From Balanoglossus misakiensis (Eukaryota; Animalia; Hemichordata), in contig CM082580.2 of assembly GCA_040954595.2 (NCBI GenBank), positions 7,914,390 to 7,978,389 of the forward strand: a stretch of 64,000 nucleotides of DNA, read 5' to 3'. A program made the position numbers and the translations under genes. Below the pieces are notes generated by a model, which made no database searches, was not told where the DNA came from, and saw only the letters and a list, made by a program, of their open reading frames with translations. Positions 43,780 through 55,600 of this stretch are shown piece after piece; positions within the stretch are counted from its first letter, which is position 1, and the number at the start of each line of letters is the position of its first letter.

Positions 43780-46700
43780 CATACATACACACATACATAC
43801 ATTCATTCATACATACATACATACATACATACATACACACATACATACATACATACATACATACATACATACATACATACATACATACATACATACATAC
43901 ATACATACATACATACATACATACATACATACATACATACATACATACATACATACATACATACATACACACATACATACATACATACATACATACATAC
44001 ATACATACATACATACATACATACATACATACATACATACATACATACATACATACATACATACATACATACATACATACATACATACATACATACTTCA
44101 ATGTCATGTGCAGTATGAAGATTACCTAAATTCCGAAAAACCATGAAATTTTGCAATCCCACGTCTCGCCATATTTCGCCCGGGTTTCTTGGGTCCGACT
44201 CCGCCCAGCATCCCCATGTAAGGATGTAGTTGCCATCATCAATGTTCTGGTCCAAGTATTTGGCCCATTCGTCATTTTTCTGGAGGACGATTGGCGTGTT
44301 CATGTCTGTGTACAGTGTACACAGTCTCACATCTGTTTCGTTGTCGTTCTTGTTGTAGCCGTGTGTGGAATATGTATAGGCTTCGCATCCACTGCAAGAT
44401 GAAGAAATATACACGAACACTGTACACAAACAAATCAAAACACGCCCCAACAAAAGAAACACATAAAAACAAATAAAAAGTGTCCAGTAACCTTACATTT
44501 GATGGCTATTTTAATGACCCTTACAATATGGCCGACATAATCATCACGTTAGCGCACACTTTTACCTTTTCAGGCATTCTTGGTAACATACATCGGCATC
44601 CATATTGTAAATATTGTCGACCAATGACTGGGCATCGCGGCCGACGGCATGTGCGCATGCGTATGTCCAACCAACGAATGATTGCGGCTGGATGTACTTT
44701 CCTGACGGATCCAGGTCATCTTTCTTCTGGAAAGCGCATGTGCATATCTCGCCGTTTATGAGTGGGACGCGGTTGTAGATTTGAGTTTGGTCATCGGCAA
44801 CTGCAAGTAAAACGTTAGCCAATATAAAAAAATGAGGGACGCATAGAAACAATCGAAAAGTAACATGTCATGACTTACATCACAGACTTGAACCACGCCT
44901 GCCAATTTTTTTCTACTTTTTCGGAGACGAAAAAATCGGATTCATAAACCAGCACAGCCACAGGTGAAAATGTCAACGTGGAATACTTACCACACGATTC
45001 GCTGGCGGATAGAACCATGCCATCCGGACAGGCTATTTTGAGGAAATAAAAACAAAGGAATTGCGCTTAGGGTGTTGAGAGGAACAAGCGCGAAGGTTAT
45101 GGAATATGCGACCACATTCATCACATCAGTAATGTACGGGGTGACACGGGACGTTCAGTGTGGGCAGTCAACTTCGCAAAGAGAAGGGATGCAACTGCCC
45201 CTAAAGCAGTTAAAACTATTAGTGTATCCAGATTCGTTCAGCTGACAGTCATAGACTCTTGTTCGTGATTTAGAGTCAAAAACACTCGCTCCAGCCAACA
45301 CTCACGCTTTGGGCACGCAGGGCGCGGTTCGCCTATGTTGCACGTTTCTGGGACCAACGCGTTGTCGGGGATCGTATAGCACCAAGCAGAACTCTGGTAT
45401 CCGAATGGGTTCCGACAATAACTTCCAAGACCAAACAGCGACATCAGGTAGCCCGGCCACGCTTCGCACTGTTTACCGCTTATGGTCGTGGAAACCCTTC
45501 CACGGTAATCTGACCCGTCCGTTTGAGTGTAACACTCCACAGTATCTGCAGAACAAGACAATGTATTTGAGATTTGTATATGTTTGATTTGACGATACTT
45601 ATAACATGATGACTTCGCAATCGCCACAAACATTAAATCGACCCACCTTCCAATTCCGGTAACATTATGGTCTGTTCCAGCGACCAGCTGCCGATTCCGA
45701 GCTTGTTCCTGGCAGCCACCCTGAACTTGTAGATCTTGAAGGGCTCCAAGCCACCGAGAGTGACGGCGTTTCCCTCGAACTTGGCATCAGCGAACGTGGA
45801 CCAGCGACTGAGATGTCCGAAGGTCAGGTTCTGGACGATGTATCCCGTGATCTGGTTGCCGTTGACCGAGTCTTCGGGAGGACTGGACCATTTGATCGCC
45901 ACTGTGTCGCCGAGGATTGAGCCGATTTCTACATCGACGGGGGCATTGGGTGTGCCTGGATAAAATTGAAATGCAAGTTGTCGAACGCGGTATTAACAAA
46001 AAGCACCGAGGAGCTACCCCATCGTGCATGCGTCTCTTACAAAATGCAATATGATACGCAATTTTTGCACAGTCATTGCATCAATTCAACAATATTTTTT
46101 TTACGAAATGTATTAACTAATATTAATTGTGTTGCTATGAAACTCAGGAACAGAGACCCCTTCTATGGGATTTGAGCACTCTAGCTCACCCCAGAACAAA
46201 ACTTGGGGGAGTGACCCTATAGGCCTCGCTTTGAGCTCAAATTCATGGCGGCTGCGTGAGGGCGCTAGACTTTGAATGAAGCGGGTGTGTCCTCAGACGG
46301 CCAGGGTCTCATTTTAGAACGGCACTCACCGGGCACTTTCACGGCGTTTGTCGGCACTCCCTTGCGGCTGCGGCCGCTGCTGTGTATCCCGGTGATTCGG
46401 AACTTATAGAAGCCGTTGTTCTGCGGAGGATACTCGAACGTCATGAAGGTCTCGTTGGCGGCCGACGTCGTCTTCAGTTCGCGCCATTGGTCGTAGCGCG
46501 ACGTTGCCCGGTCGGCGAACTTGTACTCCAGTCTGAAATGTACTATCGGGTCTGAGCTGAACCACACGAGTTGCCAAGAGAGATGTAGTTTGTCAGAGTC
46601 GACAATCACTTGAGGTGGCGGGAAAGGTTCGCCGTCTTCTAACGTCTTTGTCCGCGAAGTCACTGAAAAAGACGGCACTATCGTCATGGTGGACATTTTC

Positions 46701-48670
46701 TTGGATTTATGGCCGTTGTTCTTTATTATAACCTAGTACGGTGGCTTTAACTCTCTTGTTTTTCTCTCTTGAAAATGATGCTTTTTTACCTAGAATTTAT
46801 GAGCTATACACAATTTTAGACACGGTTTTCAACGGGAACATTCTAGGAAGAACTCACTCCGCGTTTTGTATATATTTCACTTCTGCTGTCCAAATAAAGC
46901 TTTGGTGTTTGTCCTAAGTGTACTGAACCCACCGAGACCTTTTGCGTATGATAGATGCGGTACGTTCCACGGCGGTTGTGATTCATGAGTAATTGAAAAT
47001 TCCCGTCCAGACTGTGACGGTTCAGCACGTGCATCTGTCTATCGTCGACTGTCCTGGTGTTTATCCTTCGGTTATTGAATGAGAAGGATAAACTAAACAC
47101 ACACAAAAAATACATCTATAACACACACCAATTTACAGCTGGTGATTGTCAAGACGGCTGTGGTTGCTAGAAAGAACTGAAAACAAGAAAGCCGAGAAAA
47201 GGCGAGATAAATTCGTATCGGATCGAGAAAACGCGAGAGTCGCCGTACTTTGGGTAGCTGTAACGTGATTGGTCAGTTGATCATCTGCATACAATTTTGG
47301 TACATGCGTGTTGACTATTACTATTCAAGATTCTTTTGGATCAGTGAAAGCCAACAATCGACATTAAAAACTGAATTTGCTAAAAAAAATGACCACAAGG
47401 TAAACCTGCGTCCCCTGAATAATGTGATATTTTGCTCACCGATGGGTATTCACGAACATATTATTCACATGTGATTGTGGCTCTACAATTAAATATGGCC
47501 AAGTTAAATAATAAAAGGGTGTCACACCTGTTTATTCAACTGCCCATTGCAAGAGTTTTCAACTATCGCGGTATGCAAACATGGGTGTTAGAATCTCCAC
47601 AAATTCGAAATGGTGTCGTCTGTCGACTAACGATAAGGAGAAAATTGGAGCTTGGATTTCATTGATTAACTTTATGCTAAAAATGGCAGCTATTGGCCCT
47701 TTAACGCTCAGAACCTCGCGATGGAGACTCACCCAGTGGTTGGCATCGCCCACCCTCCTGCAAGTCTTCTGTCTTACACAGACATTCACCGTCACCATAG
47801 ATACCGTCGTCGCATGGCTGAAATCCGCAATCGCACACTAATGCCAAGAGAAGAATGAGTCAAAGTTAGGTAATATGTAAAGATTTCATTGCCAGAGGCT
47901 CATGTTGGCGCAAGATTTCTCCAATAACATGAAGGAAGAAAATTCGAATGCCTCTTCCCCCATTGCAGAATCTATTTTGCTTGAACAGTATAAAGTTTGT
48001 TCCATTCCGGCCTATGGTAATTAGCATGCGAGTTATGGTAGCAAAGAGGATTAAACCAACTTTGGTAGAAAACTGTTTCGTTTGAATTTACCTGTGCGCC
48101 TATTTTCGGCCAAACAGGTGAAAGCTATTGCATCGAGGTTGAATTACTACAAGTAAAAATATCTTCAAAATATTTCATCACTGTGGTGGTTATTTAACAT
48201 GTAATTGCAACTTACGCTTTCCTTATACAGAACAACTGAAAGCTTTTCCCGTCTATCTTTCGCATTAAATTTAATTAGCTGAAAATGATGTATTTTCCAA
48301 AACCGACACCTACCGTAACGCACCTGCGTTGTGTGTGCACAGTGTACCTGTGCCGTTCGAAAGGCTATACCGGAGAGCCAGTACGATCCTTACCGTTTTC
48401 ACACTTGAGTCCGTAGCGGTTCGGGGGACATTCTCCACACGGCTGGTGTTCGTAGTTGGTGCAGCTTTTGCAGTGGTCAAACAGAGAGCACCCGTACTGT
48501 CGGACGGTAGCGCTGCTGTCGAGGGTGTAGTACACGCCGTCGGCACAGAGACACGTCAGCGGGCCGTAAGAATCGCCGTACCCGGCGTTCACCTGCGCGT
48601 GGCGATGCTGCAGGGCGGCGACGCAGATCACCACGGCGACCAGACGAGAAGTCCGCGGAATCACCATCAT
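33475..48670 (-). CDS. Giant secreted mosaic MACPF/perforin-like protein (~30 exons, ~2,300 aa)
   Basis: Splice phases were followed by eye and stay consistent from ATG 48670 (signal peptide MMVIPRTSRLVAVVICVAAL) to TGA 33475. Exons: 48670-48394 and 47837-47733 (EGF-like), 46662-46330 and 45955-45647 (FN3), 45545-45306 (kringle CYTQTDGSDYRG..YCRNP..AWCYT), 45032-44991, ~44800-44565 and ~44391-44125 (PAN-like), ~43681-43464 and ~43186-43040 (PLAT-like), ~42638-42429 (RRRKR), ~42194-41904 and ~41808-41730 (CTL), ~41550-41218 and ~41040-40898 (DNRLRE-like), ~40710-40530, ~40252-40079, ~39868-39779, ~39450-39349 (TSP1), ~39131-38961, ~38788-37998 and ~37816-37545 (MACPF: YLGRGYDIFYGNP..DPGF; FGTHYATRVLMGGK; WASTVFNNPVPIKY), then ~37397-37192, ~36770-36608, ~36225-36080 (PAN), ~35899-35748, ~35277-34948, ~34823-34534, ~34442-34227, ~33933-33475. 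Confidence 0.85.
37545..38788 (-). other. MACPF domain exons of the mosaic gene
   Basis: The MACPF signature (Y/F)GTHY-x6-GG is present as FGTHYATRVLMGG. Ser/Thr/Gly-rich amphipathic segments typical of TMH1/TMH2 are present (LELDVSVEVSGTIEEITGGFSASTSY; SSFEVSAGVTGIFKVKES). Confidence 0.92.
39964..40048. repeat. (CTAA)n microsatellite
   Basis: Direct read. Confidence 0.95.
43716..44096. repeat. Long (CATA)n microsatellite (~380 bp) filling most of an intron
   Basis: Direct read. Confidence 0.96.
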
Positions 48671-49022
48671 GGCCACCTTGGTTTCCCTGGGTCCCAGGGC
48701 CGAGTGTGTGCAGCAAGACAGAAGACACCCTCGAAACCGAAATGGAAAGCCTCTCACCCCTTTCCTGATATATGTTTGTTTATGCAATTATTTATCTGAG
48801 GAGGACGGGTCCTGACAAACAATTCTAGACAACATCATCGTCTGCATCATTTAACATTATGGCCGGCCATCTCGGTTTCCCGGGTTCCAGTGAGTGTGTG
48901 CAGTAAAAAAATTTCCCTTCGAAACCGAAATGGAAAGCCTCTCACCCCTTTCCTGATATATGTTTGTTTATGCAATTATTTATCGGAGGAGGACGGGTCC
49001 TGACAAACACTTCTAGCCAACA
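48671..49022 (-). promoter_or_regulatory. Tandemly duplicated (period 188 bp) promoter/5'UTR segment of the MACPF gene
   Basis: Near-identical block cgaaaccgaaatggaaagcctctcacccctttcctgatatatgtttgtttatgcaattatttatc..gaggaggacgggtcctgacaaaca at ~48732-48821 and ~48920-49009. Each copy carries GAAACCGAAA and a minus-strand CATATATC TATA-like element. Confidence 0.7.
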
Positions 49023-49867
49023 TGCATAGCAAGGGGCCATGTGGTTTGCTTGTTGTCAGGATTTTCGCAGCAATATTCGCCCTCGGAAAGGGCCGGTGCC
49101 AGATGATTGTCTCAACTACGTAAACACAATTGACCAGAAGCCCTTGTTTGTTTGCACAGTTTTCTTTTAATAAATCGCTCACCGGACTCAGAAAAAGAAC
49201 TGCTCAGTGTACATATTATGTGTTGCGTCGAATAAATTTGGCCGACCCCACAGTCCTTTGCGCGCGATTTTTTAAAATCTAGTTTAAAAAAGGAGCGTTG
49301 TACAAGTTGTGAAACGTTTCGGGGCGGTTTGTCGTCCAATATAAATGAAGTGTACTCGATAGTTGAAATATATGGTCTGGTCTTTCCACCTGATAAAAAA
49401 AGTCAAAACTACAGATATTTGTAAATGGTTTTTATTATAATTAGAATCTTAGGACGCATTGTTTGTGAATAGATATTTAGGTGACGCACAGACAAAGAGA
49501 AACAGACTAGCAACGCTATTGTCAAAAGGTGTGAAGTACATCTCCTAATCCCCTTATGCGTGTCTCGGTTCGCCTTCAAGGTGCAGCTTGTCTCCAAGAT
49601 TTCCGAACGTATCCACTTCGGCAATGTCCGGAATTTTCCCGATAATAAAACGAAAGTGTTTTCGTGAAAGTTCGTGTTGTCGGTTTCAGTCAGCTGTAGA
49701 CGGAAGGCGAGTGGACAGTGACTTTTTGTCTGTGGGTGACGATGATGTTCAGGTGATTTTCCCCTACTCCAACATTTCAAAGCACATGGTAAACTCTTTC
49801 AGATGTTCAAAATGTCTGGCAAACTACGACAAGAATTTCAACAGTTTTATCAGCACTTTTGACGCGG

Positions 49868-49925
49868 GTCACGTGACGTGACGTAAGACGCGCCAGAGCA
49901 AAGTTTTCGCTGCTGATTGGTTGGA
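49868..49925 (+). promoter_or_regulatory. Promoter-like motif cluster (E-box/CLEAR palindrome, CRE-like half sites, CCAAT box)
   Basis: GTCACGTGAC at 49868-49877, overlapping TGACGT repeats, CTGATTGG at 49913-49920, followed by a strong donor cg|GTAAGT at 50084/50085. Confidence 0.5.
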
Positions 49926-51332
49926 GCCACCTGGACCATCTCCACTTGGAAATTTCCGTTCCGCCTTCCGTGCATTTTCATTAGAGAGTCAGACGGCCAC
50001 GCTGCAGCACGGACCTCGAGAAGATGCGGAGAACTCTGTCCCAAAACAGAGTTTCTCCGCTGGATAGTTTTCACGACGACAGCGGTAAGTAAAGTAACAG
50101 AAGTAGACACATTTACTCAATTTTTAAACAGAAACATGGGTTATTTTGTGGCGAGTTACGAGCAACTAAAAAGCGAGACGTTTACACCACAGAATTGAAA
50201 AATTGGATACGTCACCGTCAGCTCGATTCAGCGTTTCCCTGCGTTTTAGTTCACAAATTCCACCCTTTCGCGTTACTCAACTTGAGATGTGCGGTTTATC
50301 AAATTAAGACAAGTCGGTGTTATAGCTGTACTGGTGGGCGGCATGTTTTTTTCACATAAAAAGGTAGTTTTTCTGGAAAAGGAAGGGGGCTACAACGAAT
50401 TGCTAGCGGGTTCGGTGAATTGACAGCGGGCTCACGTGTAGTCAGCGTGTTTTCGAATTGTGAGCGAATGCAAATTTTGTACTATACATGTACTACCAGT
50501 CAATAGCAAAATGACTTCGAAACGCTTCATTGGGAACAGTTTTTTTGTGTGTGTGTCCGTGAAGAATTTGCCAAAAAAGTGTTGAAGTTTAATATGTTCC
50601 GCTTGGCTGTGGGCCTAAAATTGAAAATGTGTGGGGTTTTGGGGGTATGTGTCTGTCAGCGAAGCCCTAAAATATTTGGTGTCACGTATGCTGTACAATG
50701 TGCGAATGAACAACAGTTTGGCGTACGGTGACCAGGTAGATATTTGGTTTCGTGTTTATGGATAGACTATTCACTTCCCTTTCCTCGTTTTGCAGACTGA
50801 TCCCGGATTTCAACGACCAAGCCACGCAGCTGGAGGCTAGTCCTTATCCGTTCCACGTGGATGCTATGATGTTACAAGCATGATGTAAAAGTAAGCGGTA
50901 TTAGCCAAATTTTGGGCAATTTTTAAGATCTTTCAACGATTCTGACTGGTGCCGGTAGCCAGTTCAGCGAACCGATTTTGAACAAACCTGAAAAATGCAA
51001 CAATACGGATGCTATATGCGGATGTCATTTGAAAGTTTTGAAACCAACATGACTACATGCTCGGTGTATGGGTCATTTTTGTTACGGCACCAACAAGTTC
51101 ATCGGCTTTGAATGCTTCGAAAGGTGCTCGTTGTTGTGAATGCGTGTGTGCATGAGTGTACGGTAAGTTGTACGGTATATTTGGGCCATGCAGCTAGACT
51201 ACAATGAGGTGAGCGTTTGTATGTTCCATGGCTGAATGAAGACCAGTGGATGAAGTTTCGTAACAAGTAAGTTATATAGACATAAATAAAATCCCCGGTG
51301 CGGGTGGGTCCCATCCCTTAGACTGTTGGTTT

Positions 51333-52100
51333 AATATAATTAATACGCGTTTTTTTTCAGATATGTAATCTTTCATCATTATTCAATAAAAAAAATTAAA
51401 AACATACACGCACTCATAATACTGGGAGTAGTTTATTTCCGTACCGATCATCTTCGCGCGTGCGTATATAGTTAATAGTTTTTTAGATATGTTATCTTTC
51501 GTCATTATTCAATAAAAAAAATAATAAAAACATACGTGTATTGATAAAACTGAGAGTGGTTTATTTCCGTACCGATCATCTTCCCCTCGTGTATATAGTT
51601 AATACAGGTTTTTTAGAGTTGTTATCTTGCGTCATTATTCAATAAAAAAAATAAAAACATACACGCACCCATAATACTGAGTGGTTTATTTCCGTACCGA
51701 TCATCTTCCCCTCGTGTATATAGTAAATACAGTTTTTTTTTAGATTTGTTATCTTTCGTCATTATTCAATAAAAATAAAATAAAAACATACACGCACTCA
51801 TAATACTTGGAGTGGTTTATTTCCGTACCGATCATCTTCCCCCTCACGTATATAGTTAATACAGGTTTTTTAGATATGTTATCTTTCGTCATTATTCAAT
51901 AAAAAAAATAAAAACATACACGCACCCATAATACTGAGAGTGGTTTATTTCCGTACCGATCATCTTCCCCCTCACGTATATAGTAAATACAGGTTTTTTT
52001 AGATTTGTTATCTTTCGTCATTATTCAATAAAAAATATTAAAAACATACGTGTATTGATAAAACTGAGAGTGGTTTATTTCCGTACCGATCATCTTCGCT
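51333..52100. repeat. Minisatellite, ~128 bp x6
   Basis: tttatttccgtaccgatcatcttc recurs at 51432, 51560, 51685, 51816, 51944 and 52074. Confidence 0.92.
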
Positions 52101-52214
52101 TGTGTGTATGTCTCTGTTAGTCAGTTTTTATGGTAAATAAGGTATTTACTTTCCAGACATTAACTTTATTTGCTTGTTTTGCAGATGCAGAGACCAGAGT
52201 TGTTTTCGTCATGC

Positions 52215-52610
52215 AGCGGCATAGCTGGGTGAGGTAAGGGCAGGTATCTTCCATGGCTGAACGATCATGAATATTGCAGACACTCACTCCATTTGCTTGT
52301 TTTGCAGATCCAGAGACGAGATCAACTCATAATGGTATTCACCAACCAAGCTTGGGCCTAAGTGACTAGTTATTTTTGCCATGCAGCAATAGAGCTTGGG
52401 TGAGGTAAGGGCATGTATCTTCCATGGCTGAACGATCATGAATATTGCAGACACTCACTCCATTTGCTTGTTTTGCAGATCCAGAGACGAGATCAACTCA
52501 TAATGGTATTCACCAACCAAGCTTGGGCCTAAGTGACTAGTTATTTTTGCCATGCAGCAGTAGAGCTGGGTGCGGTAAGGGCAGTATGTTCAATGGCTGA
52601 ACGAAGACCA
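52215..52610. repeat. Tandem duplication, ~171 bp x~2.3
   Basis: gggtgaggtaagggc..ttccatggctgaacga..ttgcagatccagagacgagatcaac is repeated with period ~171. Confidence 0.88.
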
Positions 52611-55600
52611 CAGGTTTCAAGCAAGGTTTGACAAGCGATTCATGGTGGCCATTTTGATTTTTTTCGATTCAGACTGGTGCTGTTGCCCAGTCAAGCGAAC
52701 TGATTTTGCACAAACCTGCATGTAACAATACTTACCCGGTACTATATGTGGATGTCAATTCAATTGTTTGAAAACCGACCTGACTGCCAGATGCATGGGG
52801 TGGCCATTTTGTTGTGGCACAAACATGTCCGCCATCTTTGTAGGAGACATTCAATTTACATACTATTCATTTATTCCAGGGATCCCACAGATGATGCTAG
52901 GATGATTGCCAGCCTGTGTGATTGATGTCCAGAGATTACTGAATGGTTGTGGGGAGGTAAGAATTGTGGGAAAGAAAATTGAAGCAATGACGGAGACATT
53001 GCATGGCAGGGGTGTGTGTGTGGGTGGGGTGTGTTTGTTCACAATTTCCAGGAGTTGTCGGTTCAACTAAGCTTATATGGGCAGATCTCTATCGTTGTTG
53101 CAGTATAATTTAATCAAGTTGCCAAATAGAGAGTGCAATTCCAAGCAGCCATACAGATTTGTATGAAGTACCTTCTGCGAATGAACAACTATTGGCGTAC
53201 AGTGGTGATCATGCTTTGATTCATGTCCATGGGTATTATAGACATTCATTTCTACATTGCTTGTTTTGCAGATGCGAAGACTAGATGGGTATCCGGCAAC
53301 CAAGCTGAGGACGAAGTGTCCATTTTCCGCGATGCAGCTGTAATTGTTACTGGCAGTCTGCAGTGACCACTTAAAATCTAATGACAATTGTATTTCCATT
53401 TCCAAGTAATAAACTTGCTCCTTTTTCATATTGTAAGTATACAGATAACACTGTATACATGTATCCTCTTTTGTTTATGGTTTTAAAAACTTTGAAATTA
53501 AAATTTTCAATGAACTGGATTAAAGTGAAATACTTGTGTCTGTATCATTTTATTACCCCAACACTGCCTTGATGTTGAGATAATTGAAACGAGTAAGGTC
53601 AACAAAAACCTCTGTTGTCCCATTGAAAGTCAAACAGCGTCAGGTTTGCAACCATTATAGATACTGACGTATGCAAAGAAGGTGAAAAGTCGTCACAATT
53701 TTGGCAAACTAATTCTATTCCGTAATTGGCCATAGCAACTGAGACCTTGGTCTTTGCTTCCTACTGACGCTCAGGAAATTCAAAAGTAGGCGAAAGATCA
53801 CCTGTAAACATGGAAACAAATTCTGGAAGTTTGACCCGTTTTCTGAATTTGCTAAAATGTTCAACAGTATGTCAAAACTTGCCACAAATCCAAAGTCTGT
53901 ACCCGTGCTGGGCTTTTCCAAGTAAACATATCCATGTACACTACAAAAGCCGAGACAGGGCGAAAAAATTGTGGTTGAATGAGGTAGCAGTTTGCACACT
54001 ACGCACTCAAATTATCAAAGTACCTGCGAAGTTTAATCCAATTTAGTTGACACTCTGGTCGCCAAAACTATACATGTAATTTGATTACTTAATTTGCATT
54101 CCGTGTCCTCCAAAGTTTAGATATAGCAATATCACTGTATGAACGCCACTTAAACAATTTTTTTCCTGAGCTCCTAAGCCTAATTAGCGATTTCCATATA
54201 GGAAGCGTTGGGAGGGATTGGGTGGGGCAAACTTTGGCGTACGTCGCTGAGGGCGCCAGTGTGTGCTGCCACGTTGATAACAATCTGTAACACTCGAGCA
54301 TATTATCAGCATAAATAAATGTAGCACAACTATCTAAGCGTTCAATTTAATAATGACCCAAATTATAGACAAGGTTTCTTTCGGGTAATCGTCCAAATTG
54401 TCTTCTATAGAAATTAGATATAATTTATGGTAAAATGAATGGCAATTATCGACAGCAATCTGCAATACTCAACCATTTTATCAAGCATAAACGTTAATTT
54501 CCAAAGTGTACTACGACTATCCAATATGCGATAAATATTAGTAGTGATCCAAACGAGGCAGATTTTTCGGGTAATCGTTCAAATGGTCTGGAAATAGTGT
54601 ATTGAAATATTAACGAGCGAGGCGTAGTCCAAGGGCACGCCTTGGTAGGTGTTTGTATAGTGATTATGATGGACATTAAATCTGCTACTTTAGATTTTTT
54701 TAAAATAAAAACACACATAGGATTTGAAGGGAGCTAACGTTAACTGTTTTTCACTTACACAAGAAACATATAGGGAGGTTTTTTTTCAGTATGATATGAA
54801 CTCCATTTCTTTTGATCTAAACACAGTTTTCTAATTTAAAAGTACGTATATTATATCCCCGCCCATATTTCAATGAACAATGTTGGAAGTTACGTAGTAT
54901 TACGCACACGATGACGTATGTGTACAATACGATCACAATGCACAACAGGTTAATGTAATCGCTTTTAAAGTTCAACCCGACTTTTGGAAATGCACACGTA
55001 CACTTCTAAGTTGTCTCAGAGTCTGTAGTACAAGCCAGTCATCACGTAGGCCACCGTGACGCCAGACAACAGCAGAGCTTTTGCATTTTCATCCGCTGTG
55101 GCAGAGTGACCTCTTTCGTCATGAGCCAGGAAACGCAATCAGCTTGTCTCGATTTCCAGTAACTAATTGAAAAACCCCTCCGCCTTTTAAGAAGTTGTAT
55201 ATACGCACGCAATACAACTCCAATATTAATGCGTTTTACAAGATAAAATGCATGGTGGCCCCGGGGGCCATTTTTACGTTCAGCAGCGAAAAGTGTGATT
55301 AGACAAGAAAACGGTCATTTATGTTTTGCTTGGCTCGGAATTGAATCGTGTGGCTTGGATTTTTATTTCATCGAGATGTAAGAGCTGCTTAGTTTTGGGG
55401 GATCAGTAGAAATCAGGTTGGCGTGAACGATATCACTTTCATCTGATTTAACAGAATTAATCACTTCATCTTACAGTTGATGACAGCTGCGAAGAGTTCT
55501 GTCCCCAAGCACTTCGCGGCACACAGTTTATAGAACCCAATCGCGACAATTTGTTTCTCAAATACCACCCCGAGTTCTCCATGCGTGAACGGAAGAAACG

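Larger units (their letters stand above)
49930..53340 (+). ncRNA. Putative spliced non-coding (or 5'UTR) transcript with repeated small exons
   Basis: Series of canonical acceptor/donor pairs: ..50084|gtaagt; 50796-50890; 52185-52233; 52308-52404; 52479-52574; 53272-~53340. Several acceptors share ttgcttgttttgcag|at and several donors share g|gtaaggg. No long ORF. Confidence 0.4.

Noticed and set aside
43661-44146. Long ORFs of YIHT/MYVC repeats (also 30646-31054)
   Set aside because: Translations of (CATA)n microsatellites inside introns, not proteins.
46843-47115. 90-aa minus-strand ORF ending at a GTGAGT donor inside an early intron of the MACPF gene
   Set aside because: The donor is phase 0 but the flanking exons need phase 1, and no domain is recognisable; not included in the model.
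51333-52100. Regularly spaced repeats resembling a CRISPR array
   Set aside because: Whole ~128-bp units are repeated with no unique spacers, there are no cas genes, and the context is eukaryotic: a minisatellite.
52886-52945. Possible C/D box snoRNA (ATGATG...CTGA)
   Set aside because: Box C is imperfect, there is no clear terminal stem, and I cannot verify an rRNA-complementary guide.
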